NCBI GenBank assembly: GCA_022447825.1
Contig: JAKUTY010000001.1
Coordinates: 4,599 to 68,598, forward strand
Length of the DNA: 64,000 nucleotides
Source: SAR202 cluster bacterium
Lineage (GTDB): Bacteria > Chloroflexota > Dehalococcoidia > Lucifugimonadales > UBA826
Direction: 5' to 3'
Part shown: piece by piece, positions 9,401-19,823 of the stretch
How the letters are laid out: each line of letters opens with the position of its first letter
Position numbering within the stretch: the stretch's first letter is position 1
The notes under the pieces: model-generated
The model's database searches: none
Told to the model about the DNA's origin: nothing
What the model saw: the letters and a program-made list of their open reading frames with translations, nothing else
Position numbers and translations under genes: made by a program

Positions 9401-10734
9401 GCCTATTTAAAGAAATACTTGTTCTAACATTTTTCGGACTATTAATTGGCTCTATACGATTAATAAACACTTGGGACTTTCCCACTTCATCCATTTTATG
9501 TATTACTACTTTGATATTTTCAGAATATATAAAAAATGGAGGGATGAATTTATTAGTTGTTTCCAAAGGTATGTGTCAATGGATTTATGTGATGTTGATC
9601 AGCATAATTTTATTCTACCCATTTCACCAATCATCAATAAATTTTTTCAATAACATTGAACTAACAACGAATGTAACAACAATTAATCAATTGTTGACTA
9701 TTCACGGATTACATTTTTTCATTTTCTCTTCATTAATTTCTATCTTACTAATCAGAAAAAATTACATCATAAAAATTTTTAGCATATCTAAACTTAACCC
9801 TATCAAAATTTCAATATGTATCTTAATACTTTTGATTATTGTAATTTTTGCTTCGAATTATTCATTAACTCTTTCTTTAAGTCTGATCTTTGCACTATTA
9901 CTTTTTTCATGGTTTTTCTTCCAATCAGATCCCGATAATAAACAGAATCCCTCTCTTATTTTCTCTTTTATTTTAACTATAGTAGGCCTATGCCTGATTG
10001 CAGGAATTGAAATTTTCAGAATTGAAGGGGATATTGACCGAATGAATACAGTATTCAAGTTTTATCTGCAAATCTGGATTCTTTTTTCTATCTCTTCAGG
10101 ATATTTTATTTATTCCATTTACAAAAAATTAAATAAATATAAAACATATCAATCCATTTGGTTAATTAGCCTGTCAGTCATAATATTAAGCCAATCTATT
10201 TACCCGATTTTAGGAACTATAGATAGAGTAAATGATAGATTCCAGGATACTGATATGACCCTAAACGGATATGAATTTACCAAAAATTTAAAATACGCAG
10301 ATAAAAATGGTGAAATAAATTTAGAATCTGAATTTGAGGCAATTTATTGGATGAGAAATAATGTTGAAGGATCCCCAGTAATTTTAGAAGCGTTTACGCC
10401 TAGTTACAGATTAGGATCTAGAATCTCAATACACACTGGTTTACCTACTATTATCGGATGGAAATGGCACCAAGAGCAACAGAGGTGGGATTTCAAAAAC
10501 GACATACAAAACAGAATCAATGACGTAAACGCCATATATTCCAATATTAATTATGAAATAAAGTCGGAAATTTTAAATCGATATGATGTTCAATACATAA
10601 TAGTAGGTGAAGTAGAAAATATTTATTACGGAACTGAAAATACAAATAACCTTGTTAACCAATTATTGAACGATCATGAAATTGTATTTGAGAATCCGAC
10701 TGTGAAAATTCTTAAATCAAAGCTACCACAATAG
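6475..10734 (+). CDS. Giant polytopic membrane protein: GT-C/ArnT-PMT-like N-terminal module fused to a DUF2298-type module
   Basis: 1419 aa with dozens of hydrophobic helices. First-loop motif [14 protein letters not shown] near the N-terminus. The second module carries [41 protein letters not shown], which I recognise as the DUF2298 hallmark. Confidence 0.7.
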   Translation: [1419 protein letters not shown]

Positions 10735-10740
10735 ACTCTA

Positions 10741-10769
10741 TTGACACTATTATGACATGAATGTAATAT
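10741..10769 (+). promoter_or_regulatory. Sigma-70-type promoter candidate upstream of rpoB
   Basis: TTGACA (10741-10746), exact 17-nt spacer, TAATAT (10764-10769). Confidence 0.45.
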
Positions 10770-10810
10770 TCTTACGTGGTCGAAATATACCCCTTACGAT
10801 ACTTATATTT

Positions 10811-10836
10811 AATTCCAGTACTCTACTGGAATTTTT
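10811..10836 (+). terminator. Intrinsic terminator / leader attenuator-like hairpin between the DUF2298 gene and rpoB
   Basis: AATTCCAGTA-CTC-TACTGGAATT forms a perfect 10-bp stem that runs into a T-tract (TTTTT). Confidence 0.45.
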
Positions 10837-10901
10837 CAATTCGCTATAAAACCACAAATTTTATTTAACTAACTCTAAAATACTAAGGAGCGTGAGGACT
10901 A

Positions 10902-13900
10902 ATGACCCTTTCTGCATCTCATGAAAACAACGCAATTTTCCCTAGCACAAAATCGTTCTCAAATATTCACAAACTATTAGAGGTGCCTGATTTAATAAAT
11001 ATACAAAAAGAGTCATTTAACTGGTTTACAAGAGAGGGCTTACAAGAACTTTTTGACGAAATTTCACCCATTGAAGACAACCAAGGTCAAAACCCTAGGT
11101 TTTCATTGAGATTTATAGGATTTGAATTTGAAGACCCTAAAATTTCCGAAGATGAATGTAGAACTAGAGAAAAGACTTTTGAAGCTGCACTTTACGTCAC
11201 AGTTAGTCTAACTATAAATGCTGTTGGGCCTGCTAAAGGTGAGGTTAAAGAACAGAGACTATATGTTGGGAACATACCCATTATGACTAGGGCAGGCACA
11301 TTTATAATTAATGGAGCAGAAAGAATAGTCGTAAGTCAATTAGTCAGATCACCCGGAGTTTATTTTTCTGAAGACCGTGACACTGGGTCTGGAAGACCTT
11401 TGGCATCTGCCAAACTAATCCCGTACCGTGGCGCTTGGATGGAATTTGAAACAAGTAATAGAGATGTGATTTACGTCAAATTAGACAGGAAACGAAAAAC
11501 TCCTGTATCTACTTTACTTAGAACTCTTGGATATGAAACTAACGAAGAAATTTTAGAACTTTTTGAAGATGTTGATAATAATCCAGACCATAAATTCATC
11601 GAAACTACTATAGCTAAAGACTCGGGAGTTACTACCAAAGATGAAGCTTTAATTGAATTTTATCGCAGGCTAAGGCCTGGTGAACCACCAAACGCTGAAA
11701 ATGCTCAAGCTTTAATAGAATCATTATTCTTCGACTCTAGAAGATATGATTTAGGAAAAGTAGGGAGATATAAATTAGAAAGCAACCTGAAAGGATTAAA
11801 ATTCCATGAGATAGATGGTTCAACACGAATATTGTCTAAAGAAGATATAGTCAGCCTCTTGAGAAGACTAATTCAAATTAATAACTCCGAAAAAAGAGCT
11901 AATGATATTGATCATTTGGGAAATAGAAGAGTCAGAGCCGTAGGAGAACTAATTCAAAATCAAGTAAGGGTAGGATTCTTACGAATGGAAAGAGTCATTC
12001 GTGAAAGAATGACTATTCAAGTAGATCCTGAAACTACTACTCCGGCTGCATTAATTAATGTAAGACCTGTAGTAGCTGCAGTAAGAGAATTTTTTGGAGG
12101 ATCTCAGCTTTCTCAATTTATGGACCAGGCAAACCCTTTAGCAGAATTAACACATAAACGACGTCTTTCAGCTTTAGGGCCTGGAGGCCTTTCTAGAGAA
12201 AGGGCAGGCTTTGATGTAAGAGATGTTCACCATTCTCATTATGGTAGGATTTGCCCAATTGAGACTCCTGAGGGTCCAAATATTGGACTTTTAGTATCTT
12301 TAGCTACATATGCTAAAACTAATGAATTTGGGTTTATAGAAACTCCTTACCGAAAAGTATTAACTGAAATAAGTAACCAAAACCCCGAAGACTTGATAGG
12401 ACACACTCCTACAAAAAATATCCTAGGCAAAGATGGTAAAACTATTGTTAAAGCCGGAACTGCTATTTCATCTAGATCTATTGGAAGATTATCTGATTTA
12501 GATGACCAAATTTTCCAAGTCAAGCCCTATGTATCTAACCTGTTAGAAGACATTCTCCACTTATCCGCAGTTGATGAAGAAGACTACTTTATAGCTCAAG
12601 CTAATTCAGCTATCAATGAAGCTGGAGAATTCATCAATGACAGGGTAGAAACTAGAAGAGGTGAAGAAGTAGGTATGGTTAGTGCCGACTCCGTAAAATT
12701 TATGGATGTTTCTCCTCTTCAACTTTTCAGTGTATCTACTTCACTGATTCCATTTCTAGAACATGACGACGCTAACAGAGCTCTAATGGGATCCAATATG
12801 CAAAGACAAGCAGTTCCATTACTTAAACCAGAAGCACCTGTCGTTAGCACTGGAATGGAAAAAAGAGTTGCAAAAGATAGCGGACAGCTTGTCCTCTCTC
12901 AAGTGAAAGGAGAAGTCACTAGCGTAACTGGAACTAACATAATAGTTACAAATGAAAATGGCGAAGAGTTCAACCATACTCTGACTAAATATTATAGAAG
13001 TAATCAGGGTACATGCATCAACCAAAGAGTAATCACTAAAAAAGGAGATCAAGTCGAGGTTGACACCGTACTCGCTGATGGTTCCTCTACTGAAAATGGA
13101 CAGCTAGCTTTAGGTCAAAACGTTCTAGTAGGTTTCATGACATGGGAAGGTTACAACTACGAAGATGCAATTATTCTTAGTAACAGATTAATTAAAGACG
13201 ATAAATTCACCTCTATTCATATAGAAAAACACGAAATTGAAGCTAGGGATACTAAGTTAGGTCCCGAAGAAATCACTAGAGATATTCCGAACATAGGTGA
13301 AGATGCTCTAAGAAATTTGGATGAAGATGGAGTGATCCGCGTAGGCGCTGAAGTAAATAACCGTGACATTTTAGTGGGTAAAATTACTCCTAAAGGTGAA
13401 ACTGAACTAAGTGCTGAAGAAAAACTACTGAGAGCAATTTTTGGAGAAAAAGCACGAGATGTAAAAGATTCATCTCTTTACGTCCCGCACGGACAAGGTG
13501 GAAAGGTAATTGATGTCAAAGTTCTTGAAAGAGAAAAAGGTGACGATCTATCTCCAGGTGTTAACAAATTAGTCAGAGTCTGGGTAGCCGAAACTCGTAA
13601 AATCACTCAAGGTGACAAAATGGCTGGCAGACATGGAAACAAAGGCGTTATAGCAAAAATTCTCCCGGAAGAAGATATGCCATTCCTACCTGACGGAACA
13701 CCTTTAGATATTATCCTTACTCCCATAGGAGTTCCATCAAGAATGAATTTAGGACAAGTTCTAGAAACTCACTTAGGATGGGCAGCCAAAAGGTTAGGTT
13801 TTCAAGCAGAAACACCAGTTTTTGACAGTGCAAAAGACGTCTCTATTGAAGATGAACTCTCTAAAGCTTGGCTTGTAGAGGAATCAAAAGCTATTTCGGC

Positions 13901-14735
13901 TACTTCAAATTTAAATCCAAACGTTGATGATATCAACTTAGAAATCTTAGAGGATTATTTGAAACAAAGAGGTTACAGCTTAGATGAAATTTTCATAAAC
14001 GCCCTACCTGATTATCCTAGAACTGCTGCTTTAAAAATTTGGCTAAAAGAATATGCCGAGATAGACCCCACCAATATGTCATTAGATGAAATGGTGGAAA
14101 AATCTCTTGAATTAAACAGATTTAAAAAAATAGCATCTCCTATTTTAGGGAAATCTATGCTCTATGATGGCCGTTCAGGCGAACCTTTTGATCAACCAAT
14201 CACAGTAGGGTATGTATACATGCTAAAACTAATTCACTTAGTCGAAGACAAAATACATGCTAGAGCAACAGGACCTTATTCTTTAATAACACAGCAACCA
14301 TTAGGTGGAAAAGCGCAACTAGGAGGACAACGATTCGGTGAAATGGAAGTCTGGGCATTAGAAGCATATAGTGCGGCTCATAATTTACGAGAAATGTTAA
14401 CAATTAAATCAGATGATGAAATTGGTAGAGTCAAAACGTACGAAGCGATCGTCAAAGGTGAAGATGTAGCACAGCCAGGAATTCCCCAATCTTTCCATGT
14501 GCTGATGAAAGAACTTCAAAGCTTAGGACTTTCTGTAGAACTAGAAAGCGATCAAGAAGACCAAATAATAGACGAATCATCAGAGATAGTTGCAGACCCA
14601 TTAGCTATGCTAGAAAGCGCAATGATGAATAATGACGATTCAAATGAAGACAATATAGATTTATCTGAACCAACGTCTATCGAACCAGTTGAACCACTTA
14701 CCTCTGAAACAACTGAAGATGACACAAATATTTAA
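10902..14735 (+). CDS. rpoB: DNA-directed RNA polymerase subunit beta
   Basis: Unambiguous beta-subunit motifs ([48 protein letters not shown]). SD AAGGAG lies upstream. Long acidic C-terminal tail. Confidence 0.98.
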   Translation: MTLSASHENNAIFPSTKSFSNIHKLLEVPDLINIQKESFNWFTREGLQELFDEISPIEDNQGQNPRFSLRFIGFEFEDPKISEDECRTREKTFEAALYVTVSLTINAVGPAKGEVKEQRLYVGNIPIMTRAGTFIINGAERIVVSQLVRSPGVYFSEDRDTGSGRPLASAKLIPYRGAWMEFETSNRDVIYVKLDRKRKTPVSTLLRTLGYETNEEILELFEDVDNNPDHKFIETTIAKDSGVTTKDEALIEFYRRLRPGEPPNAENAQALIESLFFDSRRYDLGKVGRYKLESNLKGLKFHEIDGSTRILSKEDIVSLLRRLIQINNSEKRANDIDHLGNRRVRAVGELIQNQVRVGFLRMERVIRERMTIQVDPETTTPAALINVRPVVAAVREFFGGSQLSQFMDQANPLAELTHKRRLSALGPGGLSRERAGFDVRDVHHSHYGRICPIETPEGPNIGLLVSLATYAKTNEFGFIETPYRKVLTEISNQNPEDLIGHTPTKNILGKDGKTIVKAGTAISSRSIGRLSDLDDQIFQVKPYVSNLLEDILHLSAVDEEDYFIAQANSAINEAGEFINDRVETRRGEEVGMVSADSVKFMDVSPLQLFSVSTSLIPFLEHDDANRALMGSNMQRQAVPLLKPEAPVVSTGMEKRVAKDSGQLVLSQVKGEVTSVTGTNIIVTNENGEEFNHTLTKYYRSNQGTCINQRVITKKGDQVEVDTVLADGSSTENGQLALGQNVLVGFMTWEGYNYEDAIILSNRLIKDDKFTSIHIEKHEIEARDTKLGPEEITRDIPNIGEDALRNLDEDGVIRVGAEVNNRDILVGKITPKGETELSAEEKLLRAIFGEKARDVKDSSLYVPHGQGGKVIDVKVLEREKGDDLSPGVNKLVRVWVAETRKITQGDKMAGRHGNKGVIAKILPEEDMPFLPDGTPLDIILTPIGVPSRMNLGQVLETHLGWAAKRLGFQAETPVFDSAKDVSIEDELSKAWLVEESKAISATSNLNPNVDDINLEILEDYLKQRGYSLDEIFINALPDYPRTAALKIWLKEYAEIDPTNMSLDEMVEKSLELNRFKKIASPILGKSMLYDGRSGEPFDQPITVGYVYMLKLIHLVEDKIHARATGPYSLITQQPLGGKAQLGGQRFGEMEVWALEAYSAAHNLREMLTIKSDDEIGRVKTYEAIVKGEDVAQPGIPQSFHVLMKELQSLGLSVELESDQEDQIIDESSEIVADPLAMLESAMMNNDDSNEDNIDLSEPTSIEPVEPLTSETTEDDTNI

Positions 14736-14759
14736 AGTTCAAATTCTCAGGAGAATTTA

Positions 14760-17700
14760 ATGGCACAAGCAGGAAATGATTTTGACGCAATTTCGATTTC
14801 TTTAGCATCTCCAAATGATGTTCAAAAATGGTCGTGGGGTGAAGTTACTAAACCTGAAACTATTAATTACAGAACACTACGTCCTGAAAAAGATGGCCTG
14901 TTTTGTGAAAGAATTTTTGGGCCCACTAAAGATTGGGATTGCGGATGTGGTAAATACAAAAAAATCCGTTTTAGGGGAATCATTTGCGATAGATGTGGAG
15001 TTGAAGTAGCTAGAGCAAAAGTTCGAAGAGAGCGTATGGGTCACATCAACCTAGCAGCTCCAGTTGCACACATATGGTTCTCTAAAGGAACTCCGAGCAG
15101 GCTTGGGTTACTTTTAGATTTATCCCCGAGAAATCTTGATCGAGTTCTGTATTTTGCCCAGTATTTAGTTACTGATGTTGACTATGAATTAAAAGATCAA
15201 TTGATAGATCAACTTAAATCTGATTTAGAAGCACAAATTCTTTCTAGAGACTCGAAAATCAGTGAACAAACGGAACAAATTACAGAAACTTTTAAAGAAA
15301 AACTAGACGATTTAGAAAAACAAAAATCTGAAAATGACGACACAGATTTTCAGATTGAAATAGAACAAAATATAAAAAATATTGAATTGGAGATAAGTGA
15401 AAAAGTTAATCTCACTTTAGAAGAAATTTCTTCAACGGATGATTCTCAAATTGATGAGATACGCAATAAAATTTCTGAATTAGAAGAACTTCATGTAACT
15501 CAGTTATTAACTGAAACACAATATAGGGACCATAGAGATAATTATGTTGGCACATTCCAAGCTGGAATGGGTGCAGAAGCGGTTTTATATGTATTAGAAA
15601 ACCACATCGATCTTGATGATCTCAAAGAATTACTTCAAGAAGAAATGGAGACAACATCCGGCCAAAAAAGAAAAAAAGCTATCAAAAGATTGAAAGTAGT
15701 GGAATCTTTTAGAAGTAGTGATAACAAACCAGAATGGATGATTAGAACTAATCTTCCAGTCCTACCACCTGATTTGCGACCAATGGTCCAACTGGATGGA
15801 GGAAGGTTTGCTACAAGTGATTTGAACGATCTTTACCGAAGAGTCATCAACAGAAATAATAGATTAAAAAGGTTAATAGAACTACAAGCTCCAGAAATCA
15901 TCATTAGAAATGAAAAAAGAATGTTACAAGAGTCTGTAGATGCATTGATTGATAACGGTAGAAGAGGTAGAGCTGTGGCCGGAAGCCACAATCATAAATT
16001 AAAATCACTTTCAGATCTATTGAGAGGTAAACAAGGTAGATTTAGACAAAATCTTCTAGGAAAAAGAGTCGATTACAGTGGTAGATCTGTAATTATTGCC
16101 GGACCTGAACTAACTCTAAATCAATGCGGACTTCCTAGAAAAATGGCGTTGGAATTGTTCAAGCCATTTGTCATGCACCGACTTGTGGTAAAAGGATATG
16201 CTCACAATATTAGAAGCGCAAAACGATTAGCTGAACGTAATTGGTCAGTAGTTTGGGACATTCTTTCAGATGTTATTAAAGATCGCCCTGTATTACTCAA
16301 CAGAGCTCCTACTCTTCACAGATTAGGTATTCAAGCATTTGAGCCAGTTTTAATTGAAGGAAGTGCTATTAGAGTCCATCCTCTAGTTTGTACAGCATTC
16401 AATGCTGACTTTGACGGTGACCAAATGGCTGTACACGTACCATTATCAAAACTAGCCGTACTAGAGGCAAAAAAACTAATGTTAAGTACAAATAACATGT
16501 TAGCCCCTAGTTCTGGTGAACCTATTGTCACACCATCTCTAGATATGGTTTTAGGATGTTATTACCTGACTTCTATGGACGAAGGATTTGATGAAGAAAA
16601 AAATGAAATTAAAACGTTCAGTGACTTTCATGATGCTATTCTTGCTAACGAGTTAGGAATCACTGACCTTAGAATTCCTGTTTTGGTTCGTGACCAAAAT
16701 GGTGAAACAATCAAAACTAGTGTCGGAAGAATAATCTTTAACCAAATCTTTCCTTTAGAATTTATTAATGAATTTGGGTATATCAATAAAGAAGTTGAGA
16801 GGCACGCACTAAGAGAAATAGTTGGAAAATGTTTTAGATTTCTTGGAAATGAAGGTACTGTTAACATTCTTGATCAGATTAAGTCTTTAGGATTTAAATA
16901 CTCTTCTAAGTCTGGAGTATCTATTGCAATAAATGACGTCAAAGTTTCTTCTGAAAAACAAGATCTAGTATTAAAAGCGGAATCTCAAGTTTCTCAATTA
17001 GAAGAACAATATTTAGATGGCTTAATTACTGAAGAAGAAAGATATCAAGCAACTGTAAGGATTTGGACTGAAGCCAACGATGACCTGACAGCTGTAATTG
17101 CTAAAGATCTTCCTAGTTACGGGGGGATTTACATGATGGCCCAATCTGGTGCCAAGGGTAATATAGCTCAGATTAAACAAATGGCAGGGATGAGGGGCCT
17201 GATGTCTAATCCAAGGGGAAGAATTATTGATCGCCCTATTAAATCTAATTTCAGAGAGGGATTGACTGTATTAGAGTACTTTATTTCTACTCATGGAGCT
17301 AGGAAAGGACTAGCAGACACTGCTCTACGTACTGCTGACAGTGGATATCTAACAAGAAGATTAATAGACGTTTCCCAGGAAGTAATTATCACTGAAGAAG
17401 AGTGCATTGGTGATGAGGGAATGTTGATTGGGGAATATAATGACGACGCAATCAAAGATTTATTCCTAGATCGAGTTAAATACAGATATCTCGCCCAACC
17501 TTTAGCCGATAAAGAAACTGGAGAAATTTTAATAGACACAGAAACACCTATACTTGACCCACAGCGTGAGATTATAGAAAAACAAGGAATCAAAGAGTTA
17601 ATGGTCAGTTCTCCATTGTCTTGTAAAACAGTTAGAGGGCTGTGTAAAAAATGTTATGGACTATCATTAACTAATTTGAAACCTACTATGATTGGAGATG

Positions 17701-18809
17701 CTGTAGGAATAATTGCCGCTCAGAGTATTGGAGAACCAGGTACTCAATTAACGATGCGTACTTTCCATACAGGCGGAGTAGCAGGATCAGATATCACTAG
17801 TGGTTTACCTAGAGTTGAAGAATTATTTGAAGCTAGAGCCCCTAAGGGTGCTGCTGTATTGTCAGAAATTTCAGGTATTGCTGAGTTGATTGAGACATCT
17901 GAAGGAAGAACTGTACGAATCACTAATTCAGAAGAATTAACTGATGAATATACGATTTCAGGATATAAAAAACTAGTCAAAAAAGGAGATGTCGTAATCA
18001 TTGGAACCCCCATTGCTAAATCAAATGAAGATGAAGAAAACCTGATTTATGCAAGAAACTCAGGAACAGTAGGAATTGAAGGTGAGAATATTACCATCAC
18101 ATGGCAAGATGAAGAACAAAGAGATTATGCAATTCCAGCTTCATCCCATTTACAAATTTCTACTGGTGATCAAATTGAACCCGGTCAAGCTATAACAGCT
18201 GGTCCTAAAAACCCCCAACAAATCCTTGAAATCCAAGGTAGGGAGGCTGTTCAATCATACTTAATTGAAGAAGTACAGAAAGTTTATAGATCCCAAGGAG
18301 TTCCGATTCACGATAAACATATCGAAACAATTATTCGTCAAATGTTAAAAAGAGTTCAAATCCACGAACCAGGAGATACTGGATTATTGCCTGGTGATAC
18401 TATGGATAAATTAAAATTTGATGATAGAAATTCTGAAACTATTTCAGAAGGAGGAGATCCAGCTACTGCAATACCAATTTTATTAGGTATTACAAGAGCA
18501 TCATTACATATGGATAGTTTCCTTGCCGCTGCATCTTTCCAAGAAACTACTAGAGTTCTCACAGAATCGGCAGTATCTGGTAAAAAAGACTATTTGTCTG
18601 GACTTAAGGAAAATGTAATTATTGGTCGATTAATCCCTGCAAGATATGACAACACAGAAGAAGGGAAAGAGAAGTTAGGCTTAGATGAGTTAGAAAGTAT
18701 ATTTGAACTAGAAGAGATGCCTGAAAGTCCACCTCCCCCACAAATTGAAGATGAAAACGGGATACTATCCTTAGTTAGCGACATATTAGACGAAGACAAC
18801 GAGGAATAA
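14760..18809 (+). CDS. rpoC: DNA-directed RNA polymerase subunit beta'
   Basis: Zn-finger [23 protein letters not shown], catalytic [12 protein letters not shown], trigger-loop and bridge-helix regions. Coiled-coil insertion at about aa 141-248. Confidence 0.98.
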   Translation: MAQAGNDFDAISISLASPNDVQKWSWGEVTKPETINYRTLRPEKDGLFCERIFGPTKDWDCGCGKYKKIRFRGIICDRCGVEVARAKVRRERMGHINLAAPVAHIWFSKGTPSRLGLLLDLSPRNLDRVLYFAQYLVTDVDYELKDQLIDQLKSDLEAQILSRDSKISEQTEQITETFKEKLDDLEKQKSENDDTDFQIEIEQNIKNIELEISEKVNLTLEEISSTDDSQIDEIRNKISELEELHVTQLLTETQYRDHRDNYVGTFQAGMGAEAVLYVLENHIDLDDLKELLQEEMETTSGQKRKKAIKRLKVVESFRSSDNKPEWMIRTNLPVLPPDLRPMVQLDGGRFATSDLNDLYRRVINRNNRLKRLIELQAPEIIIRNEKRMLQESVDALIDNGRRGRAVAGSHNHKLKSLSDLLRGKQGRFRQNLLGKRVDYSGRSVIIAGPELTLNQCGLPRKMALELFKPFVMHRLVVKGYAHNIRSAKRLAERNWSVVWDILSDVIKDRPVLLNRAPTLHRLGIQAFEPVLIEGSAIRVHPLVCTAFNADFDGDQMAVHVPLSKLAVLEAKKLMLSTNNMLAPSSGEPIVTPSLDMVLGCYYLTSMDEGFDEEKNEIKTFSDFHDAILANELGITDLRIPVLVRDQNGETIKTSVGRIIFNQIFPLEFINEFGYINKEVERHALREIVGKCFRFLGNEGTVNILDQIKSLGFKYSSKSGVSIAINDVKVSSEKQDLVLKAESQVSQLEEQYLDGLITEEERYQATVRIWTEANDDLTAVIAKDLPSYGGIYMMAQSGAKGNIAQIKQMAGMRGLMSNPRGRIIDRPIKSNFREGLTVLEYFISTHGARKGLADTALRTADSGYLTRRLIDVSQEVIITEEECIGDEGMLIGEYNDDAIKDLFLDRVKYRYLAQPLADKETGEILIDTETPILDPQREIIEKQGIKELMVSSPLSCKTVRGLCKKCYGLSLTNLKPTMIGDAVGIIAAQSIGEPGTQLTMRTFHTGGVAGSDITSGLPRVEELFEARAPKGAAVLSEISGIAELIETSEGRTVRITNSEELTDEYTISGYKKLVKKGDVVIIGTPIAKSNEDEENLIYARNSGTVGIEGENITITWQDEEQRDYAIPASSHLQISTGDQIEPGQAITAGPKNPQQILEIQGREAVQSYLIEEVQKVYRSQGVPIHDKHIETIIRQMLKRVQIHEPGDTGLLPGDTMDKLKFDDRNSETISEGGDPATAIPILLGITRASLHMDSFLAAASFQETTRVLTESAVSGKKDYLSGLKENVIIGRLIPARYDNTEEGKEKLGLDELESIFELEEMPESPPPPQIEDENGILSLVSDILDEDNEE

Positions 18810-18824
18810 ACACTACTCAGTTAG

Positions 18825-18859
18825 GGCGATTTAGCTATAAAGACTTATTCTAAATCGCC
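18825..18859. terminator. Possible bidirectional hairpin between convergent rpoC and the gamma-CA-like gene
   Basis: GGCGATTTAG ... 15-nt loop ... CTAAATCGCC (10-bp stem). The large loop and the lack of a clear U-tract make this weak. Confidence 0.25.
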
Positions 18860-19357
18860 TTGAGCTTTAAATGTTTCTGCTTTTTTAGAATAACTTTTAG
18901 AAATAGATAAAATCATTTGTAAATGTTTATCTTTCACCTCACCCTTAATTCTAGCTGGCATTCCCATTACAATTGATTTTTCAGGGAATTCCATTCTTTC
19001 TAACACCATTGATCCTGAACCGATTACTGAATCAGATCCTAAGACAACGCCATCATTAAGTATTGCACCATTCCCAATCAAACACCTGTCACCGATATTT
19101 TTCCCGTGACACATCACTCTGTGACCAATTGTCACATAGTCCCCTATAAACACATCACTATCTCCGTGAAGTACTGAATTATCTTGAATATTTGTAAATT
19201 TACCAATATTAATTTTATGAGTATCTCCACGAATTACTGTTCCCGGCCAAATACTTGAACCTTCACCAATTTCCACATCTCCAATCACATAAGCAGCCTC
19301 ACTGACAAATGCTGTAGGATGAACTTTTGGTAATTTGTCACCAAGTCTTCTTATCAA
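18845..19357 (-). CDS. Gamma-class carbonic anhydrase / hexapeptide-repeat (LbH) family protein
   Basis: Left-handed beta-helix hexapeptide repeats with the His pattern of the YrdA/PaaY family (SVLHGD, TIGHRVMCHG). TTG start is preceded by AAGGAG. Confidence 0.8.
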   Translation of the reverse strand: MIRRLGDKLPKVHPTAFVSEAAYVIGDVEIGEGSSIWPGTVIRGDTHKINIGKFTNIQDNSVLHGDSDVFIGDYVTIGHRVMCHGKNIGDRCLIGNGAILNDGVVLGSDSVIGSGSMVLERMEFPEKSIVMGMPARIKGEVKDKHLQMILSISKSYSKKAETFKAQGDLE

Positions 19358-19371
19358 CTTTTTCTCCTTTA

Positions 19372-19821
19372 TTAATTAATTGTTATCAGAGGTTGCCCAG
19401 TTATCACCTTATCTCCAGATGAAATTTCAACTGAAGAAACTATTCCCGACCATGTTGCTTTTAAACTTTGCTGCATTTTCATTGCTTCTAAAACACATAT
19501 TTCATCTCCAATTACAATTTCATCTCCGACATCAACAGACACAGAAATGATCATTCCAGGTAGAGGAGAAGGGAAAATTTTATTTAAATCAGAAGTAGCA
19601 ATTGGAGTAAAATCATTTCCAGAAGAAACATTAAACAATGTGTTTTTCACTAAATTCTTTATACGTGATAAAACAGGGGGTTTTCCAGAAAAATCACTAA
19701 TGTCTTTAATGGCCACCTTAAACATGGTTCCTTCAACAGATACATTCACAAAATCTTGGTTACTGTCTAAAATCTCTACGTCATACCATTTTGATTCAAT
19801 ATAAACTTTATATGTCTTCAT
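19372..19821 (-). CDS. Biotin carboxyl carrier (biotinyl-domain) subunit of a decarboxylase/carboxylase
   Basis: C-terminal biotinyl domain with the canonical EAMKMQ biotinylation motif. Starts 2 nt after the beta-subunit stop. Confidence 0.8.
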   Translation of the reverse strand: MKTYKVYIESKWYDVEILDSNQDFVNVSVEGTMFKVAIKDISDFSGKPPVLSRIKNLVKNTLFNVSSGNDFTPIATSDLNKIFPSPLPGMIISVSVDVGDEIVIGDEICVLEAMKMQQSLKATWSGIVSSVEISSGDKVITGQPLITIN

Positions 19822-19823
19822 TA

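Noticed and set aside
8282-10058. Short ORFs on both strands inside the DUF2298 gene (8282-8470, 9330-9566, 9471-9653, 9858-10058)
   Set aside because: They are embedded in one long uninterrupted membrane-protein frame. AT-rich DNA with few stops in some frames generates them by chance.
14815-15009. 64-aa same-strand alternative-frame ORF at the 5' end of rpoC
   Set aside because: It overlaps the conserved zinc-finger region of beta' in a different frame and has no independent support.
16331-18799. Series of 66-100-aa antisense ORFs inside rpoC (16331-16531, 16628-16867, 17291-17593, 17744-18013, 18356-18562, 18590-18799)
   Set aside because: They lie entirely within, and antisense to, a highly conserved essential gene. 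Their products are low-complexity with no motifs. These are typical shadow ORFs.
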